DNA from: Auanema rhodensis
Taxonomy: Eukaryota; Animalia; Nematoda
NCBI GenBank assembly: GCA_964057225.1
Contig: OZ059897.1
Coordinates: 16,306,001-16,370,000 of the forward strand
DNA: 64,000 nt
Direction of reading: 5' to 3'
Positions 1-12,947 of this stretch are shown here, in pieces (positions within the stretch are counted from its first letter, which is position 1; every line of letters starts with the position of its first letter). The notes beneath the pieces are model-generated. The model saw only the letters and a program-made list of their open reading frames with translations, had not been told where the DNA came from and did not search any database. The position numbers and the translations under genes were made by a program.

Positions 1-1679
1 CCTAGTTCTACTCGTAATCATAATTAGAAGAAAGAAAAGGATCACTTCAAACGCCCGAGGGCATCTGTGATTTCGCTCTCCGGTTTTTTGTCCACAAAAT
101 TATGTAAGATTTAATAAAGGATAAGAGAGGTCAAATATCATTTTTTTGAGAGAGAGAAAGAAATGAAAATGAAGTGAAGGATTAATCAATTAAGAGAGAA
201 ACGATTCACAAAGCTTTCAAGAACGATTTTCAACAGTTATTCAGATGATCCAACCATTTATCTTTATCCATAAAATTATAAAACTTTGACTATTCCCCAA
301 TAAGAAAATCATGAAAGAATAAAGATAATAGTGTATAAAAAAAGAACTCCATAAATTACTTTGATGAATTGGTTAGAATACTTAAAAGGTGAACATCTGG
401 ACTCTAAAAGGTTTAGGAGATGACAGGTTTTTATTTCAAATTGTCGAGCACAGTTTTTTGGAGTCTTGAGAAACAGGCAATGAATGAAAAACTGAAGACA
501 GATAGCAGAAATGCATTTGAAAGAATAAATCTTCTGAAGACAGGTCTGGATACTACGAGCTTCATTTGAGACTCTCAATGATGACGACTGACCACGACGT
601 TCATTGTGACGGTGGCGTCTACAAGGAAACCACCGCTCATCGGATGTGGAAGCTACGGGCCAGATGGAGAACGATGATGCTGATGATGCTGATGATGATG
701 AAGAAAACAACAAGTTATGTAATGCTTTCCGTTTCGAACGACAAAACTTCGTCAGACATATGGGCCAGTAGGACGAATTATAGACATGCCTATACATGGT
801 ATAATACTAAACTGTATAAGGAGAAGAACTATAAGAGATAGGGAAACATCATTAGAGAGCGAGAGAAACTTGCGCTCCGACATCATAGATATGGGCTGAC
901 GATATGAAGAGAAGATGTTGATGACACACGATCAGGAAAAATCATCGTCGTCGTCTTCGTGCATCTGCGAACTGTGCTGCTGATGTTGTTGCAGCGACGA
1001 CGACTTGTCATCGTATCTTTATTTCGGCTTTCTTGTTCAACCCTCAAAGGTAAATCCCAATATTGTAGTCAAGTTTGGTTTTCCAAGAATTAAGAACTGT
1101 CAAATTAATTACAATCAAGTAAATGAAAAAGAGTAAAAGATAAAGTTGGAAGCATGCTTGACAGAATCTGACATGCGTACATAGAAAGAGTGAAAATGAG
1201 TACAAAGTAAAGAAGTGAAAAGAGATTCAGAATTAAAAGGTATATAGATTTTTATAACTTTCTTCTTCCATACAATTTTTCAATTTGTAGACAATTTGTG
1301 GAAAAAAAAGTTGGCAGTAAGACAATGTGAGCGACAAAATTACGTCACCTGTTAGCATATGACTGACGAGTCTATTTAGCTAGATGAATTAATTACAGGT
1401 AGATGTTCCATTTTTTTTTCCAAAATAATTTCTCTCGATATTCATTTAGTTCATGGAAATTCATTGAATAATATAGAATATTTGGGAAAAGAGGGTGAGA
1501 TTTGAAGAAGAAAATGAATGAATTTTGAACTGAATACTATATTTAGATGTGAAAAACAAAACAATAAATACGATTTGCCAGAAGATGAAAACTATTCAAG
1601 AGTCAAATATTGTGTAACAAGATCAGCATTTTCTTGAGCATTTTCAGTTTTCCTTCCAAAAAAAACTTTGAATACATAC

Positions 1680-3983
1680 CTTTCGTCCTTGCCGTCGATA
1701 TCTATCAACTCGTCTTCCTCTTCTTCCTCAGCCTCGTCGTTGAATCTGGCGAGCAATAATCGTTCACCACTTGAGATAGCTCTAGCAGTTTGAAGAAAAG
1801 TCTGAAAAGAAAGTAAATATATAGAAACATAGGGACAGAAAAAGAGAAAGGAACGATTTAGGAATAATTTATTGAAAAAAATAAAAGAATTTTTTTCTTA
1901 ACATTATGTTTTCAATATTATAACTTATCAGCATCATCATCTTGATCTTCTTCTTCAGAAAATAAAAAAATTCTGATAAATTTAAGCGAAGAGATGTGTC
2001 AAAACTTCATATTACTATTACATACACTAGAATCTTGATGTCTTGTGTTCTCGTCAGAATGTCAACGTTGTCGTCAGTGTCGGCGGCGTCTATTCAGGTA
2101 ATCATCATCTCTCTATTTCGAGAATCATCTTGATCCGAATTAGGACCTGATTCGATCGAAAACGCCCCAAGGGCATAAGCTGTCGCTACCTATGTATAGT
2201 AAATGAATTTCGACGTCGGCGACATGAATGGACTAAGATGTGGTATTACCAAACCACATCTTCAGATTTCTCTGCGTTCGTGTTAAAGAAGTGAAGATCA
2301 TGATGCTGATGAAGTAATTATGATGGGTTTTAGAGCTTTTTTTTCGGTGAGAAATCTTCATATATCTTCAAGCAATTACTGACCTTGTTATCCAACTGTC
2401 GAACACAAATATTAGCGAGTTCGTTCTCGTTGGCCTCTTTTATCAGATTTAATATCAATAATGCATTAGGATCATTTGCTGCCGTCTGAAACAAATTTTA
2501 ATTTTTTTAATGTAAATGAAAACTAAAAGGTTTTTGTACTGAAGCTGAAAGAAAGAGCGAGGATTGGGATAGAAAAGTATAGAAAGAATGATGACGAGGA
2601 GGTAAGGAAGAAGTGACTGCAACAACTACTGTAAATAGCTCTATTATTTTGGCTTCTTTGTTATCGGAAGTTGGATGTCGAAGAAATCAGCAGAAGAACA
2701 ATATATAGAATAGGAATCATCAGTCAGATGTGAAGAGCAATAAGTTGAAATATCTCAGCTGGATGCCCGTCTTCACAACTTCAGAACAAGCAAAATAGAA
2801 TAATTTTCTGAGAAATTAGACAAAATGAGGAAGGAATAGAGAAAAATAATGGAAGAGAGAGAGAGGAAAAGAGAAGAGCGAGATAGAGAAAACATAGAGA
2901 GAGGAAGGGTTTGTAGTTGATATACAAGGTGGAGCAAGACAAAGATGTTGTAGACATGACAACGAAGAAAGCTATGCATTTCATTCTCTCCTTCCTTTCA
3001 GCGACGACGGCACTTGGGCTTTTTTCGTCAACGTCGTCATCATCGGTAGATTACCTCAAAGACGACAACGAGAAGGTATTAATAAAGAGGAAGAGGGAGA
3101 CATAGAGACATGAGACTCTGACTCTCTTTCTTCGTCTTCTCTTTTCGTTTTTCTCCATCCTGTGCTGCCCTCTTCAGAATACGGTAGTAGTGTGGCATAA
3201 TTGAAAATGAAGTCAATGACAGTGGTAACAGCTGATTACTACAAGACGACAGCGACGATTATGCTATGGTGGCGTTGAAGCAAGTGGAGATTGGCAGACA
3301 ACATCACAGCTGATCGTATTCACCAACTTTTCATATGTTTTATAAAAATAGGAAATGTGTTGATCGATGGCTGAGCAGAGGAGAAAAAATGTTTCCTGTT
3401 TCAGTCTTGAGAAGTTTTGAACAGTTTTGAACAAAATAATATTATGACCCAACGTATTCAAAGATGATCAACCCATATGATGTTGAAATCGAGATTCACA
3501 TGTATGTATGTAGGATGAATAAAGGAAGTAATGTTGAGAAAATGCAGAAAATGTATGAGATGATGAATGAATGAATGAATGAATGAATAGACAGATATAT
3601 GATGTATAATAAGAAAGATGGGAGGAAAGCCAAGCAAAGGTGTATGTGATACGGCAGAAAAGAAGCTTTCTCAGATTGAATTTCCTTCCTTGTGGTTATG
3701 AGAGAGAATCGATGAAGCTCTTCAGAGGACGTATCCTAATCAAGGGAAAAAGAAATTTAATTTAATATTTTGTGAGTAAAAAGTAGAAATGATATAGATA
3801 ACATGAATATAAATACAATAATGCAAAGAAAATTCTAAAATATACATATAATATATAACATACCTTATCTATAATACCAATTAATTTTCCGGCTGGAATT
3901 TCTTTCAAAGCATTCAATGAATTACCAAAATGATCATCAGATTTAACTTCTACACTTCGAAGAAATTCACCGTCGATACTCAT
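1680..3983 (-). CDS. egl-43: EGL-43 (PRDM3/16, EVI1/MECOM family) N-terminal PR domain; first three coding exons, gene continues beyond the left edge
   Basis: Exons 3983-3864, 2485-2384 and 1801-1680 with GT-AG junctions splice in frame to MSIDGEFLRSVEVKSDDHFGNSLNALKEIPAGKLIGIIDK-TAANDPNALLILNLIKEANENELANICVRQLDNK-TFLQTARAISSGERLLLARFNDEAEEEEEDE, closely matching the recalled C. elegans EGL-43 N-terminus (MSIDTDFLTSVEVKED...NALLILNLIKEA...TFLQT). Zinc-finger exons were not found in the window. Confidence 0.9.
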
Positions 3984-4184
3984 CTTTATCTTAGATGAGA
4001 TGGGAACTAAAAAAATTGAAAAATAACTAAAAAAACTTTCAAAATTAAAAACGAGCATTGAGTATATGATATACACAAAGAGAACAAAGAAAACTAAGGT
4101 ATTGTTTTATCAGAAATAGTTGGTTTTGTTGCCTAATAAGAATAAGACAGCTTCTGAGGAGTGAAGCATATCTCGTAGCCATGG

Positions 4185-4295
4185 CTCATCGAGCTGCTCC
4201 TCCGCCGCTTCGTTTGCCCCGCCCCGCAGCTAGCAGCCAATCAGAAGTCGGGATGGGCGGGGCGGGGCGAGACGAGCCCTCCAGCTGGCGCCAAT
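4185..4295. promoter_or_regulatory. GC-rich proximal promoter island of egl-43 (inverted GC boxes flanking a CCAAT box)
   Basis: GCCCCGCCCCGC (4216-4227), CCAAT (4237-4241, in AGCCAATCAG) and GCGGGGCGGGGC (4257-4268), about 230-290 bp upstream of the egl-43 ATG in an otherwise very AT-rich background. Confidence 0.6.
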
Positions 4296-5774
4296 CTTTC
4301 AGCGCACACATCCTCTGCCGCGAAGATTACGGTAGAGAAATGAAGAAGCGGCATATTGTAATTCAGAATTAGAAAGCGTTTTTAAGATGAAAGAGTTAGT
4401 CTCCAGAATATAAGATTTGGATGAAGATTGAAGAGCAAAGTATTGAAAGCGTGATGAAGGATATCAATTACAGGTTAGTATGCACATAGAACATATAAAA
4501 AAGGAAAAATAAATAAATATTTCAAAGATTATCATGAAAAAAACACTTGAAATATAAAGCTTAAAGGATGAATTAAAGAATATGAAGTACGCAAAGCTAA
4601 TTTAAAAATAATTATTATCAGAATTCTTTAAAAATTTGGGCAAAACTAGCATATTGTTAACAACTTAACTTAGAAAAATATGAAGAAAATTGATAAGATA
4701 TTGACGATTTTTCAGAAAATTAGGTTAGAAAGCTTATGAATTGTTTTTGAGCAAAAAAAATTAATATAATCACAACTTTTCCAAGGTACTTCATTTCTGA
4801 TGAACAACATTCTTGTGATTTTCAGAATTACTCAAGATCATAGTATTAGTAGGGTTTTTTCGTTTTTTTTTTTGAAAGAATGAATAAGGCTATATGTTAG
4901 AAATTTGAAAACAAATCGGTAGAGGTATAAACGACAAGAATAGGAAAGAGTCTTCAGTGGGATCTATGCTTTAGCGACAGCCAGACGACTACGACAACGA
5001 CGAAGACGAGAAGAAGTGAAAGGAGCGACAACGATAACGACGACAACGAACGACAAATATAATTGTCTTCAGAAATGACTTCTTTTCGATTATAGATAGA
5101 AGAGAAGACGATAAAAATAGCCAATATTAGAAATTGAAATAGACTTCTGTTTGAAGAGAGCAGCACGAAGAGCAACGCCAAAATGATCGACATCTCGGGG
5201 TGGAAGATGACAGGAGGACGATCGGAGACGATGAAATCTGGGTCTGGTGCAGCTTTGGCTATCCCATTCTTGTTGTCAAGCCAAACAACATCATCATCAG
5301 CAAATAAATTCGGATTGAAGACGTTAGCGAACAAATGAGAAAAAAATCTTGGGAGTCTAAAGGTGTCATCGTCATGGATTATGTAGGTAATAAGAGAAAA
5401 GTTTGTTTGTGCGAAAGGTAATGTTAGATACAGTGCAGAAGTAGAGAAGATGCGAGCTAGTAGGAGGATCGAGAAGAATAGAAAAACTGAGAAAAGAGCA
5501 TGAGTAAGAAGTTAAGAAAAAGAAAAAAAGAAAAAGGAGTAAAATGAAGGCAAGTTTGGCAAGTAGTCTCTCTTCAGTACAAATATTTGTTCGGAAATTG
5601 AGAGAAATAATTTCCTAACATGGCTGTACCTTGACTATCCGTTAGTTTTACATTCGGTAGTACAAAAGATCTCTATATTTAGAGAATATAGAGAGATATT
5701 GTGTAGAATCTGAATATATCGTTGATGTGAAAACGTGTTAAGATAAGAGAAAGCTATTGAATTGAGAAACAGAA

Positions 5775-5824
<50 letters not shown>
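5775..5824. repeat. (AG)n microsatellite
   Basis: Direct reading: near-pure GA dinucleotide run. Confidence 0.95.
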
Positions 5825-5827
<3 letters not shown>

Positions 5828-8800
5828 GAAAGAAGGTAAGTATTGAATGAGAGAAAGATACAAGTTAATAAAGTAGAAAGAGAGTTGATAATAAAAAATA
5901 GACCGAATGAGAAGTAATATAACTCTTAGATGTAAATATTATAAAAAAAAGTATTATTTATGTCTTGTTGCAATACTTTAAGTTAAAAATAATAAAATAA
6001 AGAAGATACTGTGAAGATGATATAACGAGAAATACTTACATTTCAATATAATCTTATCAAAATTTGAATTAGGATAACCACTTATTTGATCTCATTGTTA
6101 TTTGCCGTTGGCATTCAATATCTTATCATTTAGCCTTATATAATCAAGTTATGAACATATATATGAATCAAACAACCTATAGCTTCAAACGGAAAGGTTC
6201 ATAAACTTTTTTTTTGAACTTTGCTCACCAGAGAAAGATAAAGACATACTCGATGCTCTTTATTCTGCGAAAATGCAAAACTTCTGCTCAAAATTACTAA
6301 ATCTGATTTCGACTACATGTAGGTGAGAGAGAGGTAGAAATAGGGAAGGATTTAGTTTGAATTCGTCGTCGTTGGCATCAAGTTCTCTCTCCTCATTTGG
6401 TCGCCGATCAAACTTACAAATTTTAATTTCAAATCTTGGCAATCTCTAGCTTTTTCATAGATCAAATTTCATTTTGATCGGAGCTTAGAAATAGAAAACT
6501 CTTTAAAAATATAAAAATTTATCAATGAAATAGAAGAAAAACATAGAAGTATAGTAATATGATCAGAATAGATGAAGTACATTTTGATGAAGAAATATAT
6601 ATTATTGAAGAGATTATCATTGGAAAAGAAAAATAGTCAGAAGGTAAGTGTTATTCTCACTGTAACATGAAAACGGCAAACAAGTTTCGGAAACACAAAT
6701 TTAGGCAACTGTTGTTCCCCTCTTTCATGCTTTTTGGTTGTCCTATTCCTTCATCCGAGCTTTTTCTCCTGATTTTTAATCTTTATTAAAACCATTTTTA
6801 TATTATATATAGATTTTCTTCTTTTATTTGATGAAATTCTAAAAGCATTTCCTTTCGTGATTTTTTTCTTTAGAGGTTTTATGTAAATTCAAATATCTAC
6901 CACATCTCCAACTTATAGTCAACAACTTACTGTGATAAAAAAATTAATTTAAAACTTTTTCTCACTTTCCAAACAAAAATTTGCTTTTTTTCCAGTACAT
7001 CTTGTTACAATGCTTCCGTTCTCTCTCTGACTCTTTTCGGAGCGACAAGCTTGAAAGAATTACTAAAGGTGTAGCATATATGGGGTGCTTTTTCATTCTT
7101 GACTGAAATAGAAAAACTATTTACATCTCACATGATTAGATTCCCAGCTGAAAAGAGAAGCAGTCATTCAAATTGGCGAACAACATGTTTTTAGCCAACA
7201 AAGTGATGCAAATCGCTAATATCCGTTACCTGAAGAAATCAGGAAAACTTGGGGATGTTGAGTCACAGAGAGAGAATTTATGCCAGTGCTATTCACTTTT
7301 TCCGTCTTTACGACTATTTTCTTGTTGAGGAGAAAGGAGCAGATAAGATGACTTTGATATACGGTAGCTCGAGCTTGATAATACTCTGCGAATTGAATTG
7401 AATGCTTGAATTATGAGGTGGGAGATGGTTATAACAGCTTTATTTCTCTCAATTAGCTTAACGTAGAGGTTTGATTTGGATCTGAGGAATTCTAAATTAG
7501 AAAGGAAGGAGAGATAGAGGTCAAGATATTGAGAGACACCCGAGAGAGAATTTGTAGGAGGGCCATGAATTGGAGAGATTACCTAAGAAAGGGGGAGGTA
7601 AAAAGAAGAAAGATTCATTCTCTCCATTCATGTGTATTAAATCGGAAGGAAAGAGCAGGTGGAAGAGAAATGAAGGGCGGACGGAGCAACAGCCTTAAAG
7701 ATATGAAGACGGAGAGAAGAAGGATAGCCCAACGATGTAAGTGACATCGGTGGCAATGGCATAGTGAGAAGGGATAGGTGGGGATTGGAGATGAAGGAGT
7801 GAAGAAAAGAGGGAACAGCAGAAGGCAGATTGAATGACAGATGTAGTGGTCATGTTTAGGGAAAAGAAAAGGTGTAGATGTATGCATGTATATGGTGAAG
7901 GGAGTAGAGTATTGAAGTAATCTAAGCCTGAATTCAATATAAATATGGAAAAGATTTTGTGTGATGAGAAGGGAGACACAGAAGAAAATATGAAATTTAG
8001 AGAGAATGAGAGAGGCTGAGAAATTGACAATTGGAAGGTAACTAGAAAAGCTTTATGACTTCATAAAAATCTTTTGGAAATTAAGATATTTCATTTAAAA
8101 TCTAGTATTGAGACATTTAATTGTCGTCGTAATATCATTATGGTATATAACTTTTCAATATACTTGATACTTCATCGAAAGAGATTTTCTATGAAGTTTT
8201 CTGACAATAAAGGCAACGATAGCCAAAATCAGAAAAAAAGGCAGATATAGGATCAAATTCAGTTGTTAAAATTTTTTAAAAGAAAGTTAGATTGACTGTC
8301 TATAAAACTACTTTGAGACCATAGACAGGCTTTAGTTTCTTTTGAACATTTTTTTTCTTGATTGTTGATTATAAATATCTTCCCATGGTTTAAGATATAA
8401 CTATTATATGTATACATATGCATACAGTGATGATGATGATTATGAATATAAGGACTTCATAGAGAAAGAGAAGGAAAAGATTGGAGAATGTATATTCACA
8501 TGACTATCCACAATAATACCGATTGATGAATCGTCGAACCTATTGATGAATCCGAGAATGAGTGGGAATTCGTCTTCTTTTTTTTCTGCTTTCCTAACAT
8601 CATTTTTGGATCTTTTTCTACCTCTTGTTCTCATGCCTTTCGATATTTCTTTTCTCTCGTTCTGTCGTCTCTTTTTGCTCTGTTTTCTCTCGTCATTTTC
8701 CTCGTTTTCGTCTTTATCTGTCTCTGTATGATATTTGTTCATAACAATGAACAGAAACTACTGAGGGCAGTTTGTACATTAAAAGATTCTGAGAGAATGA

Positions 8801-10965
8801 AGGAATAGGAGGAACGAGAAAGAACATGAAAAAGAAATGTATGGGGAAGAAAGAGAGAGGCAAAGAGAAAGATAGAGAGTACATGTACTACTTGTGAACT
8901 AGGATGATCCTATATTTCATACTAGACATTATACTGTATATTCTAGTATATAAAAAGATTTTCATTAAGAAAGAACTCCAAAAACGTCACCAAACTTGCT
9001 CATTTATCTCAACACAAACGTCGAGATGAAAACTGGAATTGCGCGAAACCAAAACAATACATATCTATCTATATATTGATCTAGTTGAAACATTTTTACC
9101 TATAAATCATTGCTCATTTATTTTTTTGTTTGTGAAGAAAAGTTTTTTCAGTCTGTAACTATGTGACTAGCAGCCTAAAAAAGTTTTTTTTTAATAAAGA
9201 AAGTGTAGATGTTTTACCAGCGAAAATTGTAAAACAAACTAGACATCGAAATCAAGAATTACTTCATATTATTGGCTAAAAATTTGCTTCAAAATCAAAT
9301 CGTAGTTTTCTTCTTGTAAAAAAAAAGGTTCCGAGACAAAAATGTCTGAATGATATTTTTGAAAATGGGCGAATCATGTTAGGGGTGCGAAACGAGAGTG
9401 GGTGGGCAGCATACAGCTCGAAGAACACCTCATTTCTTCGTAAAAATAAATATTTTAATATTTAATTTATCAGTTATAATTATTAATTTAATACTTCTTC
9501 TGTGTCAAAGTATATAAATAAAAATTATGATTATATTATATTATATGATTAACATATCAGATAAAACGTTATTCGGTGATCAACAACAGAAATATTCACG
9601 ACATTTATCGTTGTCGTCGCTGTCGTCGTCGTTATTTGAAATGTATATTCCAGAATCAGGTGAAAATTTCTGATTCAAATTATATTAGATTATTGCATCA
9701 AATGGAAACACACAATATATACATATACATACATATATATGTATGATACTACTAAGATTCAAATAACAAGAAAATTTTAATTTCATAATTATAGAAAAGC
9801 AATAAACGTTTACTTTTCTGAAAAAAATGACGTTAGGTGTAGAATAAGGTAGAGAAAACGAAAGATTCAAACACATGATTTGTTGTCTTCTATTGGCTCT
9901 TCTCTTATTCTCTTTCTCCATGAAAGGCAGTACTGTCTTCTTCTTCTGTTTGTACTTCCGGTGATGGCTGTCTCCAATCATGGCACCTATTATGCTGTAC
10001 TCTCCTCTATTATAATACTTTTTCCTATAGACAGTTGAGCGTGAGCTAGGTGAGAGCTGTATGATAGACAACTTCTCATTTCTTAGAGCATGAGCTGTTG
10101 TACGGTTAAGTTTCATCTTTTGACATCTTATTTCTCTTGGTCTCTTCATTCTCTTTTTCTCTCGATGATTCTTGCTGCATTTCTCTCATTTACCATATTT
10201 GGTTTCTTTACTTACTTATACCTCTTTCTCCCTCTTAACATCTCAAGAAGAGTTGAAGGACAGGATCGGAAATCATATCGTTTTAACGATATCACTGATG
10301 CTTTTCCCATGTGTTTATTCATGATACTTACTTAACTATTTAAGATATATAAGTGCTTATATCATGAGCATTTGTATTAAACTATTATCTAAATATGTTG
10401 ATTATACATATCTTGTTTGTATACACTATCAATATACATATATACCTAGAACTTCAAAGCAAGATATTCACACAAGTAGCTTCTTATGATCAGTTTTTAG
10501 CTTCTATCTACATATACTTGCTATTCCCATTACGTTTGACTACTCAGTCTTACTCTGATTTTCTAAATCTTTTCGTATTCATAAGCTAGTCATCAACTAG
10601 AACGACTAGTCGAAATCAGAATTGAAATAGACGAGCTTCTAACCCAAACCAAACGAAGAGACAATATTTCCTGATTCTACCAGACAAGTGTCTTTCAATT
10701 CTTTATTGTGCTCACAGGGTCACTGAATTGATGAGGAGTAGCTGAGGCAGTGAAACATACAACAGATTGTGTAAGAGGTAGAACAAGTGAATCAGAAAAT
10801 TCATACATTCTGAACAAGAAATTTAGCATGTATTACATATTAAAAATATCTAGGATGGGATGTATGTGGGAAAAATTCCATAGAAATGAGGAAAACCTGA
10901 GAAATTACCTGGAAGAATTGAAAACATTAGCTAAAAAATATTTATAATGAATCAATATTGAAAAC

Positions 10966-10968
<3 letters not shown>

Positions 10969-10999
<31 letters not shown>
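10969..10999. repeat. (AT)n microsatellite
   Basis: Direct reading; similar runs near 11585-11604, 29460-29482 and 31393-31418. Confidence 0.9.
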
Positions 11000-11002
<3 letters not shown>

Positions 11003-12947
11003 TTATATGGATATAAGTTATTGTTATTAAAATAAAATAATATTTTCATGATACATTTTATGGTTTAGCAAAATTTTACCATAATCTTGAATTGAGAGAA
11101 TCTCTATGTCTCATTCAAGGTTACTGTAGGGTTGACGAGCTGTCTCATTGACTGATGTGGCAAAGAAGGGGAGCTGTATGATAGGGATGACTGGCAGAAG
11201 CCTACTGAGAGCTAACAGAAGGATAAAAAAAGAATATTTGACATATAGAATCTATGGAATCTGTATATCTATATATCCTATTCATTGTATTCAATAGAAT
11301 ATGTTTAACTATGAGAAGTAAGCACCTATATGTAAGTGAGAAAAGAAGAAACTGTCTTGTGAAAATCTTTTTCATTCTCCCTCACTCTATATCGTTTTTT
11401 TCCTTCAAAAACGTTGATGTCAGCACAATTCATCTTTGCCCCCTTCGGGAAAAAAACGTCTCCATATATCTGTTATTTGCTGGATTCAATAAGAAAACGA
11501 ATCAACTAGAAGGGACTAAATCTTTGTCATAAGTATGCATATAAAATATATTTTATTAATACCTATATACATATATACATATAGTATATATATATATATA
11601 TATAGTTAATTTCATATAACTACTTTATGCATAAACAAATTCTTGGAGCTATTCAGTGCTCATCTTTTTTTCTTTAATAATTGAATGGTGAATTGTTAAT
11701 TCCTCTTGATTCCAAGATAATTTCATTGTTATTTATTATTTTCATAATACACTTATTGTTTTGGTTTTCATTCCTAATTGACCGGAAAAAACATTTTTTT
11801 GGTGCAGCTGTTCATCGCTAAAAGCCAAACATATGTTTTCTTCTCTACTACCCGTAGCCATAACACGTCGTTGTTACCTTGTTAGCTGCTCATCTTCAAT
11901 CTTGACAAGGTCAATAAACCATAATTAAGAATTGGAACGTCTTAACTAGGTAATGAGCAGGAAAATAAGGAATTTCATAAACTGCTGCTGCTGCCTGTCC
12001 TCCATTGACCGAACCAGGTTGCATCAGACATCAGGTAAACATGAGATAGCGAGAGAGATTACAAGAAATAGAAAGAAAGACTAGGTACACCATACATAGT
12101 AATTAACCTTTTAACAAATGAAGACATTGTTTTTTAATATTTTAATTGAAAAATCATCTGCAGGTTAATCTTCACATACTTTTATGAATATATTTTGAAT
12201 ATGCAACACATTAAAAAGGGGACCACTAGAAAATTCGTGTATATGCTTGCTTTCCAAATTCACTAATATAACGTGAAGTGAGCTATTTCTGACATTTATT
12301 AGTTTTTCAAATAATTCACAATCACATTCATAACAAACTTATCAAAAACTATTATCAACAAAATTTATCAGCCAATCATTGCGAATAGATTGTACCGACA
12401 AGCTTTAGACGACCATGATATAGGTATTGACTTTATAGCTTTTATCTATACCTTTCAAATACTCTTTTAACAATGATTTTCTTTTCAATTTTCTTTTTCT
12501 TAACTATATTTTTTGTTCACAATTAATAGAAAGCTGAGGCTTTCAATAGGAATGCGCGCTATTGACCGACATTCCTACATGTTTGCCACATAGCAGAGCA
12601 CATTGTGTCATCCAGCTAGTCTGCAACGCTCTCAGTTTTAGGTCTTCTGAAGTTTGTCTACAATTTGGTTGCTTTCACGTATCTTTGCGTATTTTTCTTC
12701 CCAACATTTTTTAATTGTCCATTAAAAGAACTGTCTTTCGCTCTTGTTGTCTAACAACGTTTGCCCGCATTTTGACCCACTAAACGCAATCTTATAATAG
12801 GAATCATAGACAGTGACGAAAAGTCGATATAAGTATTCTTTATTGATTATTCGATATATGCAGTAATATTCTCTAGCTGGATTCTATTCTTATGTTATTC
12901 AATCCCATATAATTATGTGTACAAATCGTTTTTTTGAGTACTATCTA

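Noticed and set aside
309-11532. Numerous 60-160 aa ORFs in the track within and upstream of egl-43
   Set aside because: They are low-complexity products of GA-, GAT- and GAC-rich non-coding DNA, with no splice structure or recognisable domain.
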